A DNA stretch of 63,539 bases, filler included, from Vannella sp. (GCA_023345925.1; 7 parts of 7 records of this genome joined end to end with filler, not necessarily neighbours in it); one strand, 5' to 3'. Positions 1-12,923 are shown, counted from the whole stretch's first letter. Notes: generated from the letters alone by a model not told the origin. A program made the numbers and translations.

Positions 1-38
1 TGTTAGACTTATCAAACAACAGCTGTGGAGATACCTAC

Positions 39-3000
39 CGAATCGCACCAGCATCAGAGGAGTGCTTCAACTCCATATCAATGTAGACCGACCAAATGTC
101 AATCTTCTTCGGGTAGTTGCTGATGACGCCTTCAAACATTGTGCGTCCCCGCTCGATGTCTCCATACTGATACTCCAATTGAGCGAACTTGCTGATAAGT
201 GGGATATCTGAAAGGAGGTTAGAATGATTGAACATCGAGTTAGAAGATTCTGACTTACGTTTGCGTTGAGGCAGTAACTTGATTGCTCGCTGGAAGATGG
301 CGCGCGCTTCATCAGCTTGGTTTGTGGTGATTTTGAAGGTGCAGAATCGGAGCCAAGTGCCTTTGCTGTGTTTGTACTTTTTGGTGAGCTTAGTCAGGAC
401 CTCTTCAGCTTTCTCCAGCTTCTCTGCATTCAGGTAAATGTCAACCAGTCGGAGGTAAACTTGTTTGGGATCATTGAAAGAGAGTGCTCGCTCGATGAGT
501 TTCAGGAGGGAGTCCTCGGAACCATAAATCATCTCCAAGTTCATGTACGCCACCCAAAGATTGAGTTTTTCTGCTTCTTCGCGGAGATTGATACGCTTTA
601 GGCCCCTTTCAACCACACTTCGCGCCTTCTCGATCTCAGTCAAGGATAGAAGGAAAGCCATGTACTTGATCCAAAGATACGAGTCATTTGGTGAGGCCAT
701 CAGAAGACGCTCAAAGTCTGTCGCAGTCTCTGGGGCTTTCTCTCCACTCATGAGTTCCTCTTCTGTTTGGGCAATTCTCTCTTCTTCTCGTTGTTTGGCG
801 AGCTTCTTGGATTTTTTGGACGTCTCCACTTCTATCTCTTCATCGCTTTCTTCGTCGCTTTCCTCTTCCTGAGATTTGGTGGATGGGACGACCTGGAAGT
901 TATCCCATTGGAAGGAAGTGGCTGTCAGTGCCTTCGGAGCGGTGACCCTTTCATCGTCTTCGTCATCTTCTTCCTCTTCCTCCTCTCCGTCAACGCTCAT
1001 CGCGTCGTCTTCGCTGTCGTCCTGAGGCTTTGCAAAAGCCAGTAGTTGCTCCTCATCTGAGTCCGAATCCGCCATCAAAAGCTTGTCTGTGGATTCCAGT
1101 TCGACCATGTCATCACCTTCCTCTCCTTCTTCTATCATTTCTTCATCGTTGTCGTCATCGTCTTCGTCCGAATCAAACTCAACGTCATGGTCAGTGAAGA
1201 AGGAAGGTTTCATCCCCAATGACAGCTTCTTCTGCTTCTTGTCCACAGAGAGGACTACCACTTTCACATAGTCACCCTTTGTGAAGATCTCTTTCCAGTC
1301 CAAGTCCTTCTTGTCTGTGATGTTGGTTTTGTAGCATAAGCCAGCGATTCTTTTGGCGTGTTTGATTTCAACAAAGATCCCGTACTCTTGGATGGATTGG
1401 ACGTATCCCTTGAGCTTCTGCCCCTTCTCTAAAGTATTCCAAGTGAATTTGACACCGGATTCCTCTGGTGTATCGAAGACTCGTGAGGGCTTCAACGTTA
1501 GAGTGACTGGATATTCCTCTGTTGGGGTAAGAGAGAGAACAACAGCGCGCACCAGTCGCCCAGTGGAGTAGTAGACTTCGTTGCATTCTTCCTCCTTGTC
1601 TGCAATCTCATTGTGTGGGACAAACCCTTGAACATTGCGCCCTAATGTCACAATAATGCCCTTCTCTTTGATTGCTCGGTGAGTGTATCCAGATACAACC
1701 TGTCCTTCCTTCAGCTCCTCAGCTGATTCAATGATGGGGAATTTCAAGGGCTGCGTCTCTTCCTCAGCAGCAGAAGAGCTCTTGGCTGCGCGCGCCTTCT
1801 TGATTCGAGATTCACGCATGGAAAGGGGAACGCTCTTGTCACCAGCCACTCGGGGAAGTACCACACATGAGTAGTGCTTTCCAATAGTGTACTCTTTGAA
1901 GAGCCCGCGAGTGTACTTGTCAGAGATCTCAGTGACGGACACAAACCCAGTCTGATTCGGGCCAATGTCCAGGAGCAGCCCATAGCGACCGAGCACTTTA
2001 ACTAACTTGCCCATTATCACGTGACCCACTTTCTGGTCAAAGTCAACAGTGACTTCCTCCTCCAGTCGCAGGGATAAGCCAATAGCTCTGTACTTTGTGT
2101 CAACACTAATGATCCGGCAACGCACAATCTGACCGGGGGAGAAGTTCTTGTACAAGCGACTGGCAAAGGTTTTGTTGATCTTTGGCATGAAGTTGGGATG
2201 AACCACTCCTCGTACATCAGGGCTGAGTTGCACTCCAAGGGAGTTGCTCTTCTGTTGGAGCTCTACAACGGCTCCGAGGACTACTCTATTGATCATGTCC
2301 GCTGCGTTCTCCCAAGTGACAGGTTCATCGCCCACCTCGGGGTCGGGCAACGCCAATCGGGAGGGGCGAATAGAAAGGTCTACGCGACGTTGGGAGATTG
2401 GGTTTTGGTGAGATATTGGCAAGTTCCGCTTGCTGGCTATTTCTGTGATCTTGAGTACCTTTGCAGTGATAGTCTGACCATCCTCAAACTGCAATAATGG
2501 AGACGCCTCACACTCTTCATCCACAGCCTCGGTAATATCGATTCGGCCGGAGACGTGCTGTCCTACAGTGATCTTAAGGACGTGGGGTTGCGCATGAGCG
2601 ATTTTGCCAGTCACGGTGGTGCCCACTTTGATGTTGCTCAGAGTAGCAAGATCTAGGTTCTTGCCCTCTGTTGATGGAAGCTTCGATTTGGGACCCACTC
2701 TTTCTGTCTTCTTTTGCGCGCTTTGAGTGACTTGGAAGGGGACTCGGAAGAGGAATGCGCGCTTATGCAATGCATCGAACTGTTTTTCCATCAAAGTGGC
2801 TTCAACCTCTTGTCCGATGGAGAAGCTGGAGAAGGGATCACCGTACTTGACAGCGTTGTAGTCATTGATGGGTGCAAACCCGACTTGGCCTTGGTGGGAG
2901 ACGACCAAATAGTTCTTCTTGACGAGTTCAATTCTGACTTGGTACGATTTCCCCGCTTCTAACTTTGCCTTGGAATCCTCAGCAATCAAATCTTCTCTGG

Positions 3001-5915
3001 CCGAGAGGTCGACGGTTCGAGATTCTGTGTTCTGTTCAACATCAAGTACAATAGCAACAACTGACTCATCCACATCAAGAGGAGAAGCATGTTCTGAGAG
3101 GAGAAGACCGTTGGTAAGCTTGCCCAGATTAACAGAATATCCCAGCTCAGTCTCCTCGGTGACAGTTCCTGTAACAGATTGGCCAATAACAAGGTCTTCG
3201 AGCTTGTTTTTCTTGTTCTTTCTGCGGATGGCACGAGCTAGGATATTCTCCTCCTGGAAGTAGCGCTTGCCCCATTGGATGCCATCGGAAGCACTGAGAG
3301 ATTGTTTCAGGCTGAGAATGACTTTGCTGCCGTCGACTTCCACAACAGAGGCTCTCACTGTTTGCCCAAGCTCAAAGAACTGATTAGGATCCCTGACGAA
3401 TTGGTCTGCAATATGTTCTCGTGGCACGAAGCCCATTAATCGGCCCAAGAACCCAACGTGAATTCCCATTTCGGAGACTCTCTTGACGTAGCCCAGAACC
3501 ACATCGCCTGCGGAGAGTGAATTTGGATTCCGAGGAAGTGAGCCGCTGTCAAGACTTTTTTGGAGAGCAAACTTGCGAGTGAGCTCGACTGGGCGATGAG
3601 CTGGCTTGTCGATGACGATGAGGTCAACCAGCTTTTGATTGAGAGTGAAGTGGCTCTTCCAAGAATCACACAAAGAAGGATAATCGCTCATGTGGAAAGT
3701 GCGAAGGCGAGCTCGCACACCGCAGTCCAACTGAACCATACTGAAGTTCTCATCGATAGAAAGGATGCTGCCGCTCTGCTTGCTTCCAAGCTCGAGGGAA
3801 TCATATGCCTGAAGGTCTTCTGTTACGCGGAAGCTGACAATCATCTTGCGGAAGGCTGGTCTGGTCGACATCACACGACATTGTACGGGCTGCCCAACTT
3901 TGAAAAGGTCATCGAGACTGCCACTTTGATCTGTGACTTCGCTGAGGGGTGCAAAAGCGGTTACTTTGTCAAAGAAGGAGACAATCAATCCCTTTGGCTT
4001 GATAGCTTTGACAAAGCCATGAGCGATTGTTCCTGATTCAACATTGTAAGAGTTGATTAAAGTGTGTTCCGAGTTAACAAGAGACTTCTTGGCGGTCAGA
4101 GTGATTCTCTTCTCTTGGGTGTCGACGTGCAGGATGCGGCATTTGACCTTTTGGTCGACCTTGAACTTGGCACCAGGCTTTCGGATGGCAACGTCTGCTA
4201 AATGAAGGAGCGGTACCAAGCCAAACATCTTTTCAGAGACTTTCACGAGGAGCCCGTACTCTTCAATAGAGACGACAGTGGCTCGCACAGCTGATCCAGC
4301 TGCCAAGTCATCGTATTGAAGGAAGTCCAACTCCATCACGGAGGCACTCATGGACACTTCAGCGATACCATCAGCGAGATTAAGGCTTGTGACTCGGCAG
4401 GCTACTTTCTGGCCCTGTTTGTACTCCGTAGAGAGCTTCTTTGGAGCTTTTCCGTCGACTACCGCGCTCACCTAAGGCACATTCACTGTGAGACACACCC
4501 ACAGCGGTTGTTAGGAGTGTACTTACATGCACGAAAGCTTCTTGGGGAGGATTACTGTTCAGTTGAAGGCTCAGGCCGATCTCATCACGGGCAAGGAGGA
4601 TCGCACTCTTGGCGAACTTGTCACCGATCTTGACGGGGAATCGGAAGGGTTTCATCGCTATCAGATGAGGCTTAACACTCACAGAGATCACTTTGGTCTC
4701 GTAGTCCACTCGGACGAGGCGCACGAGGATGCTGCTGCCCTTCTCGAAGCGACTGGAGAGTGATTGTTTGTCCAGATTGATCTGTGTCAAGTGGACGGTC
4801 CCGTTGAAGAAGTCAAAGAGTCGTACGATCAGGCCAGAGTCCACTACATTGATCACCTTTGCCTGTGTGAGCATTCCTGCAACGAGGGAGTGGCTATTCA
4901 TGTCTCCGCTGGGAGTAATGTGCGAGTCCAGTCCCTCCAACGTTACTGGAACGGCTGCTGAGCCTTTGGGAGTGTAAGAGGCCTCGACAAAGCACTCAAC
5001 CAACTGTCCAATAGCTAGGTCCTGCCCCGGAGACCGTTTCAAGAAGCCTTTCTTGTCTTTGGGTCCGCCAAGCTGAATGACGAAACCGTAGTCCTCCTCG
5101 GCTGCAACGGCTCCACAAATGTGAGAACCAGCCTTCAGGAACTTCAAGCGATCCTTGTTGATGAGATTGGGCTTGAGAGAGACCTCTACAATGCGCTTGA
5201 TTGCTTTGGTCTTTGGATCGGTCTTGGAAGTCTTCTTCAGCACGATGCAGCGAACCATTTGGCCCACTTGGAAGAGAGAGAAGAGAGAGACTTCGTCTAC
5301 CTCATCACCAGAGTCTTCTGCATCTGCTTGGGCTTCCAGTCGACGCGTTAGTTCGTCGCTGACTTCAGTGATCGAGGCAGTTGCCTGGGTTCCACCAGGC
5401 AATGTGATGAAGAGCTTCATAGCACGGATCTCCTTTACGGCTCCAACAAGAGTAGAGCCCTCAGAGAGGGACTAGATCGACATGTTCAGTTAGGCGCAAC
5501 CAAATAGGCGGAAGAAACGTACGTTGAAGGTGATTGGGACAGCTTGCTTTGGTGCGTCTCGATCCAAGCGACGAAGGATACCATCAAGTGAGTCGTCCGT
5601 GTCTTCTTCCTCCTCCACTTTCTCCTTCTTCTTCGCGGGTGCCTTTGGCTTCCCCGTAGCAGACGCCGGCTTCTTCTTCTTCTTATCTTTGTCTCCCTCA
5701 GAAGAGGCAGATGTAGAGACCTTTCCTGAGAAGAGATCGCGCTTCACCTCCTCGTGGATCTTCTTGACCTCGAGCGGAGTCAACAAACTCTTGCCTCCAC
5801 GTGGAAACGCCTCCTCCTTTGGCTCACTCTCTACCACTGGAGTAGCTGATGTCTTCTTCTTCTTCTTGGCAGGCTGCGCGCTCTCTGCAGAAGGATTTGG
5901 GCGCTTCTGGCCCAT
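39..5915 (-). CDS. RRP5: rRNA biogenesis protein RRP5/PDCD11 (S1 repeats + C-terminal HAT/TPR); 3' end runs off the window
   Basis: N-terminal FPRGG motif, many S1 repeats, acidic linker and 'FERLLMASPNDSYLWIKYMAF' HAT region. GT-AG introns at 5472-5522, 4472-4526 and 208-258 (in-frame); another donor at 38. Confidence 0.96.
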
Positions 5916-6007
5916 CCTGATCACCGTCGAGGGCCCGCGAACAATAAAGGACCTTCGAAAGGGCTTTTTGGTGGAACAGGAGTAATGCTACATGTCTAGG
6001 CATTCAA

Positions 6008-7512
6008 ATGGAGCCTTCTACAACTCGCTGCGCCATCAGCGATGAGTGTTTGGCTGCTTGTCGGGTCGAGATCTCGCCTGTGAGAGAGCTTTTGCGGGGT
6101 TGTGAGGTTGGATGTGAGGGAAAGACGTGGATGGGTGGAGGGGACGTTGAGCGCTTGCCTGCTTCGGCGAGCTATGAAGAGTTCTTCAAGAGGATGCATG
6201 CAAATGTAAGTGGAAGGATTGCTTGGCTGGTTGGGCCTAAGAGAGAGGAGACACCTGTCGTAATAGAAGGTTTAGTGAGTGATTGGCCGTGCAGCAAGCT
6301 GTGGGTCACTGAGGAAGGAGCCATAAACTGGTCCGGTGACTTGCTCTTGACCTTTGCAGACGCTGTGGTCCCTGTTGCGCATTGCACGAAGAAGGACTTC
6401 AACGACCAGATGAGGAGTACCATGACCTTACGCGAGTTCGTGGAACAACGCCAGACAGAGACAGAAAGCCTTTACCTCAAAGACTGGCACTTGGTACGAG
6501 ACGCTCCTGAGGGCTACGTCGCATACCATCTCCCATGCTTCTTCTCTGATGATTGGATCAACGGTTTCTGGGACCAGCAGTCCCTGAAAGACCGAGATCA
6601 AGACGATTATCGCTTCGTCTACATCGGCAAGAAGGGAACCTTCACTCCTCTTCACAAGGACGTCTTTCGTTCGTACTCTTGGTCCACCAACATTGCTGGT
6701 CGGAAGCGCTGGTAAGACGAGCCAAAGGGGTAGCCTGACAAGAACACTCTTTCTCACTTGAGACTCTCCTCAGGACCTTGTTTCCTGTGGAGCAGAGTTC
6801 TCTCCTGATGGGGGGCCCGCGGAACTCTGACACCATATGGGACATTCGTGAGTGGTCCAAGAACGCGGAGCTGCAGCGCAAGTTCCCGAAATTTGGACAA
6901 GCACGACCTATTGAACTCATCCAACAGGCGGGAGAGACTCTCTTTGTACCGAGCGGGTGGTATCATCAAGTAGAAAACCTGGTAGGATACTGCTCAATGC
7001 ATACCTCTCATGGGGACTGAAACTATCCCAGGAGGATACTCTTTCAGTCAATCACAATTGGGGGAACGCGTGCAATGTCGACCTCTTTTGGGACTTCTTG
7101 AAGAGCGAATTGTCTTGTGTGGAGAAGGAGATTGAGGATTGTAGACAGTACAACACTGATTCAGAGTGGTTTGATGTTTGCCAGTCTCTGATGGAAGCGA
7201 ATACAGGTGAGCCGAAGAGGTTCTTCAACACATCAATGAAACTCACCCTGAGGAGGGCTTAATTACTTGGGATTTACTGAGTACCTGCTTTATGCTTCTC
7301 AGGTGCTCTTTCAGGAAGGTGAAAGACTCCTTTCGGAGGTGAATCCCGTCCGAGAAGAAATGAACTATTTGGTATTCAGTTTGATGAAGCTCCATCCGCT
7401 CTTGGCAGAGGTACAGCAAGCTTTACCTTTTGGATGCAATAGCCTTTATGATGCTTCACAGCGACTTATGGCACTCCAAGACCAAGTTGAAGAGAGACTC
7501 TCTTTGTGTTGA
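6008..7512 (+). CDS. JMJD4: JmjC 2-oxoglutarate/Fe oxygenase JMJD4
   Basis: Motifs YLKDWHL, DDYRFVYIG..GTFTPLHKDVFRSYSWS, FVPSGWYHQVENL, EDTLSVNHNW. Introns ~6206-6250, 6712-6773, 6982-7031, 7207-7255. Confidence 0.93.
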
Positions 7513-7517
7513 GTCAT

Positions 7518-8576
7518 TTATCTCAACTTGGCGTATTCCAAAGCAATGCGAGAGCCTATCCGAGCATTATTAAGAACCAGTTGGATGTTTGCCTCCAAAG
7601 ACTTTCCACCTGTCTGCTCATTGATAGCTGCCAAGAGGAATGGAGTCATGTTTTTGCCCGTAATACCCTGCTTCCAGGCATCTTCAAGAGCATCTTGAAT
7701 AGCCCCTTGTACTAAAACAGGATCAGCTGAATGCTCCATGGGAACTGGGCAGGCAACGAGCATTCCACTTTCAAGATTCAGTCTTATGTTCTCGCGCATT
7801 AACGCAGCAATCGGCCCAGGCTCATCCAATCGTAGAGGAACACCAAAAGACGACTCGCGAACAAAGAAAGCGGGGAGTTTGTCGGTCTGGTAACCGATAA
7901 GAGTGACTCCCTGAGTTTCCAAATACTCCAAAGTCAACCCAATATCAAGAATGGACTTGACTCCCGCGCAAACGACGACGACAGGAGTTCGCCCGAGTTC
8001 TGTGAGATCAGCGCTAATGTCAAAGGTCTCAGAAGCTCCCACATGAACCCCACCGATGCCTCCAGTGACGAAAACTCGAATCCCTGCGCGGTGGGCGAGG
8101 ATCATTGTGGCAGAGACTGTGGTGGCTCCCATCAAGCCAGGTTGGGATAAAACGTAAGCTATATCACGCCGTGAAGTCTTGTGAGCGGATTGGCCCTCCC
8201 GGCCAAGGCGATCGAGCACCTCGTCGGTCAAACCGATGTGAATCTTTTGATCTATGATGGCGATGGTCGCTGGGACTGCTCCTTCTTCTCGTACTGTCCT
8301 CTCAACTCGCCTTGCTGTTTCCACGTTCTGTGGATAAGGCATACCTGCTCAACTAGTCATTCTCCATCGCTTCCAGCCTTAGGAGGTCTCACCATGGGAG
8401 ATGATCGTCGACTCAAGCGCGACCACAGCCTTCCCAGCTGCCAGTGCTGCTTGTACTTCAGGATGGAAGACAAATAACGACATATCCACTTGCCTACGAG
8501 GCCCCCCCTCCCCACAAGGCCACGCCACCCATCCCACCACCGCCAGGACCGCCACCCACCAAGCCCAGGACCCCAT
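7518..8576 (-). CDS. psuG: Pseudouridine-5'-phosphate glycosidase (PsuG/IndA), stand-alone, with a possible hydrophobic leader
   Basis: Motifs VVALESTIISHG|MPYPQN, GATTVSATM, TGGIGGVH, DISADLTELG, TPFLL. Intron 8345-8392. Alternative ATG at 8483. Confidence 0.95.
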
Positions 8577-8623
8577 TTAATGCAATTGAGTTTCATTTTA
8601 GTGGCAGCCATTGGACGGCCACC

Positions 8624-9022
8624 ATGGTGGACTTGGAGGGGTTGATAAGATGCTGCAGGCTCTGTTCGGTGGTGACGGGGGCGCTTCTGATGGTCAGTTC
8701 GAGCTTCTTCTTGTTCCTAGCAGTCTCTCCCTTTGCTAGGATGCACGATGGGGATGCTCCTTTGCCTCTTCTACCAGCGGATGATTGGACGGTGTTGGGG
8801 ACTGCCGCCTCGGTCATTGCCATGTTGATGGGAGGCGTTCTGATGCTCTTAGGCTTCTTTGATTGTCCTTCACTGCCAACCGCCCCCACAAGCGACCCCG
8901 ATGACGACGAGTCCTTCTTCTCCAACCAAGCGGTCTCCCTCCTTCACCACGCGCTCCACAACATCCCAAGCCAACAGCCTGGAGACGATGACTTTGACCT
9001 GGAAGAAGACGATCTTCTCTGA
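8624..9022 (+). CDS. Small hypothetical two-TM membrane protein with an acidic tail
   Basis: ATG in GCCACCATGG context, two hydrophobic segments, acidic C-terminus ending DDLL. Confidence 0.6.
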   Translation: MVDLEGLIRCCRLCSVVTGALLMVSSSFFLFLAVSPFARMHDGDAPLPLLPADDWTVLGTAASVIAMLMGGVLMLLGFFDCPSLPTAPTSDPDDDESFFSNQAVSLLHHALHNIPSQQPGDDDFDLEEDDLL

Positions 9023-9159
9023 TCCTTCAGGACCGCGCCAGCTTACGTGGTCTGGCGCTTTGTATTCTATCTGCCTGTAAAGAGTGTGCTTACGCAAAGG
9101 AGCCGCGTTTATGCAGGTTCCCGCGATAGTCAAAGTGTACACATGCGAGCGTGGAAGGC

Positions 9160-10450
9160 TCACGATGACGTCTGATCGACGGAAGCATCGTCTTGTCCTC
9201 GCTCTACCCAATTCAGCTCCACCACGATCACAGTTATGTTGTCTCCAGATCCCCTACGAGGTGTGAGGGGCTATTGGGTCTTAGCAGATGCTTCCTCACC
9301 TCTCAAAAGCCGCTTTGGCCAACATCTCGCTCATCTCGGTTGGAGTCAGAGTCTGTAGTGGTGTCAGCTCTGCTGGGGAGGGTCTGGAGAGGAGATGAAC
9401 CTACTCGGTTGTTGTAGATCATGTCCACAGCCTCTTTGTAGGTGACAGTGTCCCACAGTCCGTCACTAGCGAGGATAACAAAATCGTTGTTCTGTGTCAG
9501 AGAGACCTTCTCGATGAAGGCTACGTTAGACACGAGGTTGTTCTCTTGCTGAGGCCGTTTGTAGGTCCTATCACCCAAAGCTCGGCTGATTGCGAGATCT
9601 GCAAAGATGCGGTTGCGGACAACCATGCCCCCTGCAGCGCTGATTCGCTTCTTCTCGTTGGGGTCAGCAGCTTTGTGTTCCTCTGTGAGAAGTAAAGCCT
9701 CGTGGCGGTTGATATTGCGCGTGAGGACCATGTGGGAGTCTCCAAGGTTCGCCGCGTACAGTTGGTTGTCCATTAAGATGACCATCGACACGCAGCAGCC
9801 GTCCGACCAGTTTTGCTCCGTTCCCTTGGCAATGATGGCTGCATCAGCCTTGATAAGGCCCTTCTACACGAAGATGGTGAGAAGAGGTTGACGTTGCACT
9901 CTCTCGTACCTGAATGGCTCCAGGGATGTTGTTGGTGAACGAGCTGTCCTCGACTATCATGCGATGAAGTATTTCAGTACACATTTGAGCCGCCTTCTCC
10001 CCTGCATGCCCGTCATAGACCGCCCAGTAGGAGTAACGCGATCCTTGGAGGAATTTGAGCGTAGGGAGTGCCTTGGGTAAGTCGTCAAAGCAAACGCAAC
10101 GATCCTCCATGTACTGGCGCTTCCCTTGGAGTCCTGTGCTCCCCGAATGGGGGAAGAGTGTGAGAGAAGGGTCGATGAGTAGGCTCTTGTGGCGGCTTGT
10201 GAGCGTCTTTTGCTTGATTGGAGTGAGTCCATGAACGCTATCACCCGTTAGAACCACCAACCTTTGACGCTGCTGTCGAGTTGTGCACGTGAGCAGCAAA
10301 ACCAAGTCCAGCTTGCAAGTCCGTTGGCTCCGCGTCCTCCGTACAGATGTGAATGGGGACTCCAGGAAACGAAGGCCCTGTTGTGATAAGTTGCTGCACA
10401 TCGTCTGTCCGTCGCTTTGGCTTGTTCAAGCTCTTTCGTTTCGTGGCCAT
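9160..10450 (-). CDS. Protein phosphatase 2C (PPM family)
   Basis: Motifs GKRQYMEDR, AVYDGHAG, ANLGDS, LAISRALGD, ILASDGLWD, GSGDNITVIVV. Introns include 10213-10261 and 9864-9909; 3' exon boundaries are approximate. Confidence 0.92.
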
Positions 10451-10648
10451 TTGACCGCGATGACTTGGAATACTCAAAAGTTCCTTCTCCTGTTTTAAAC
10501 AAATTCCGCTTATTGTGGACATAAAAGTGGGGTTTTCAAATTTGAAAGTTTGGGACGAAGTTTCAGCCTCGCGATCCAAATTGATTGGGCGTAAGAAATG
10601 GGAATGAAACGAGAATGGAAGGAAGGGCTGAGCCATTTCACTTTTTTG

Positions 10649-11405
10649 ATGGGAGAACCCTCTGCATTCACTTTCTACTCTCATTCGCGGCTTTCACCGG
10701 CGGCTAAGCGATGGATGAAAGAGTTGGGGGTGGACTGCCGAGTTTTCAGTAACCTGTTTGCATCTCCTGTGGAAGTGGATGGAGAACGATTCAGCTCCTC
10801 TGAGACGTACTTTCAGCAGTTCAAGTATGGTCCTGGAGATCGTCACTTCCTCTGTCGGCTGGAGAACATGGGAGATGTCGCTTCTTTCGGCCAAAGGCGC
10901 TTGCCCATCCGCCTAAAACACATGAACCTCATCAAACACCTCAAACAGGAGGGATTGCCCATCCCCTTGAAGCCAGATGGCCAAGAGTACGAGTTGAAGG
11001 ACAAAGCGAATCCTGTGATTCAAGTCACTGATTGGGACAACGTCAAGGGACGCGAAGAAAGGACAGAAACCCTCATTTGTATCAACTCATATCATGAACG
11101 AATAGATTGGAGTGATGTATGTGGCACTTCGGGCAAAGTTCTCGCAAAATCTGGAGCTGAAGGAAAGCCTTTTGAATACTGGAGACATTTGGCTGGTTGA
11201 ACACACTAGTAATGACCGGCAATGGGGAGACGGTCTTGATGGATCAGGTTGTAATTACTTGGGGAAGTTGCTTATGCAGCTTCGCACCGAACTTCGGAAC
11301 AACGCCACCGTCTCCACGTCTTTGAGAGATGTCCAAAACCACACTTCCTTCGACTTTGTTCATCTCCACCAGCCCATGGACCAATTTATAACGTATCCCC
11401 TTTAG
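10649..11405 (+). CDS. NADAR (YbiA/RibX-like) N-glycosidase / ADP-ribosylhydrolase family protein
   Basis: Motifs FSNLF, SETYFQQFKY, WDNVK...VMYVALRAKFSQN, LVEHTSNDRQWGDG, NYLGKLLMQLR. One intron ending at 11105. Confidence 0.9.
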
Positions 11406-12090
11406 ATCTACAAGGAGATCGTTAGGGACTTGCTGAACCCCGCTTCCAATCAAATGAGGGCTCAAAATCGACCAAAACACATAAAAAGCTCCTCAGTAAG
11501 TACCTCCACCCACACACCTTTTGTTAGGAGCCTCATGCACGCGGAGACCTTTACTTCCATACCTTTTTATCCAAAAGTTCATTGGTTAAGGTGACTGACA
11601 TCGATTTCAGAGGCTCTTTTCAACCATGGCCAGCAGACCTGGTTTACTGGGGAGTTCACTCAGGAAGGGGCAGAGTACACGCTTGGCGCTTCAAATGTCA
11701 TCCTTTTGAGATAAATCCGAAATTCATTTTCTTTTGAGACAGACACACTCCACAAAGATGTTTTGAGACTTTCCGACTGACCAATCTGTGCTCATGTTGG
11801 AACCTGGACACATTTTCAGCTTTGCTCTGCGCAAAAACCTTGATGGTGGCAAGAAGCGATCTATTGTCCAAGTTACTGAACAGGCCTGGTCAAGCCAACC
11901 GAATTCCAACAGTTCGCCCCTGAAGGTAAATGGAATTCATTCATGGATTGGAATAGCCTTGCCTCATGTGGTCGTTCTTTCGTTTCCTAAACTTCCCTGG
12001 CCAGCCTGAAATGCTCAGATTTACGATTCCCGACACTGAAAACATACCTTAAGACATCAGGTGACACACGAACGCAAAAACAGTTGAAAA

Positions 12091-12190
12091 NNNNNNNNNN
12101 NNNNNNNNNNNNNNNNNNNNNNNNNNNNNNNNNNTTAATTAATTAANNNNNNNNNNNNNNNNNNNNNNNNNNNNNNNNNNNNNNNNNNNN
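12091..12190. other. Artificial contig linker (N-run + TTAATTAATTAA + N-run)
   Basis: 100-nt spacer with stops in all six frames; the same spacer recurs six times. Confidence 0.99.
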
Positions 12191-12306
12191 TTGATGTAAT
12201 CCTGTCCAATTGTGTCGCTGAAGGGATCTTCAAAAGGATACGGGGCAAGACGGTCATTGTCATCCTTGGTCGAAGCCTGGCTGTCAAAGTACGTATTGTT
12301 GTCCAT
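12191..12306 (-). CDS. Possible N-terminus of a gene truncated by the contig end (MDNNTYFDSQ...)
   Basis: ATG at 12306 with an open frame to the contig edge; CCAAT-type motif about 80 bp upstream. Confidence 0.35.
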
Positions 12307-12923
12307 GAGCGCGGAGGACGAACAAATGGCTCAATAGCCCTGTCAGGCCAGCCAAACAGAACCTCCGCCTTCCTTCCCTCTCATCCATTGGTCAGATTTC
12401 CTTTTTCCAAAATTCTGGGAGTTTGGATGAATACCTGAATCGGGAGTGAAAGGAAGATAAAAATTTGTTCGAGATCAATTAATCAGGGGTGGCAGAGCTG
12501 AGGATGGGGTGAGTCGTTCCCCCAGCCGCTGATTCGCTGTCAAGGCATCGGCAAGGTCACCTGACCGAGTTTTAGGGGAGGCTTCTGCAGAAACCAAAGC
12601 AGCTCAAAAAGGAGGTGCAAAGGCCTCAATAGCTAAGCGGAAGTGAACCCACCAATAATGCAGCCCACGCTAACGCATAAGCGGAGAGAGAGTGTTTATG
12701 GGAAGGTGATCAGCCACAAGAACTCCTTATCCACTCTCCCAAATAACCAGAAATGCTTCACTGAGATTCACCTTCTCCACTTTAGACCGCCTCCTTTTCA
12801 CTTGGTTCAAGCGTTGAAAGAGGGGCGATACAAAGTTAGAGAGTGTGATTGCCAATGACCTCATTTTTGGGTATTTGGGGGAGTGGCTACTGAGCACTCG
12901 AAACTGTTCCTGTTGACGGGGCA

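Noticed and set aside
6008..11405. PsuG + NADAR + JMJD4 as a nucleotide-repair gene cluster
   Set aside because: They are interspersed with an unrelated PP2C and a TM gene, and no shared pathway is established; chance adjacency in a dense genome is sufficient.
11406..12090. Gene downstream of NADAR
   Set aside because: Splice-like signals are present, but all frames hit stops and no family motif is recognisable.
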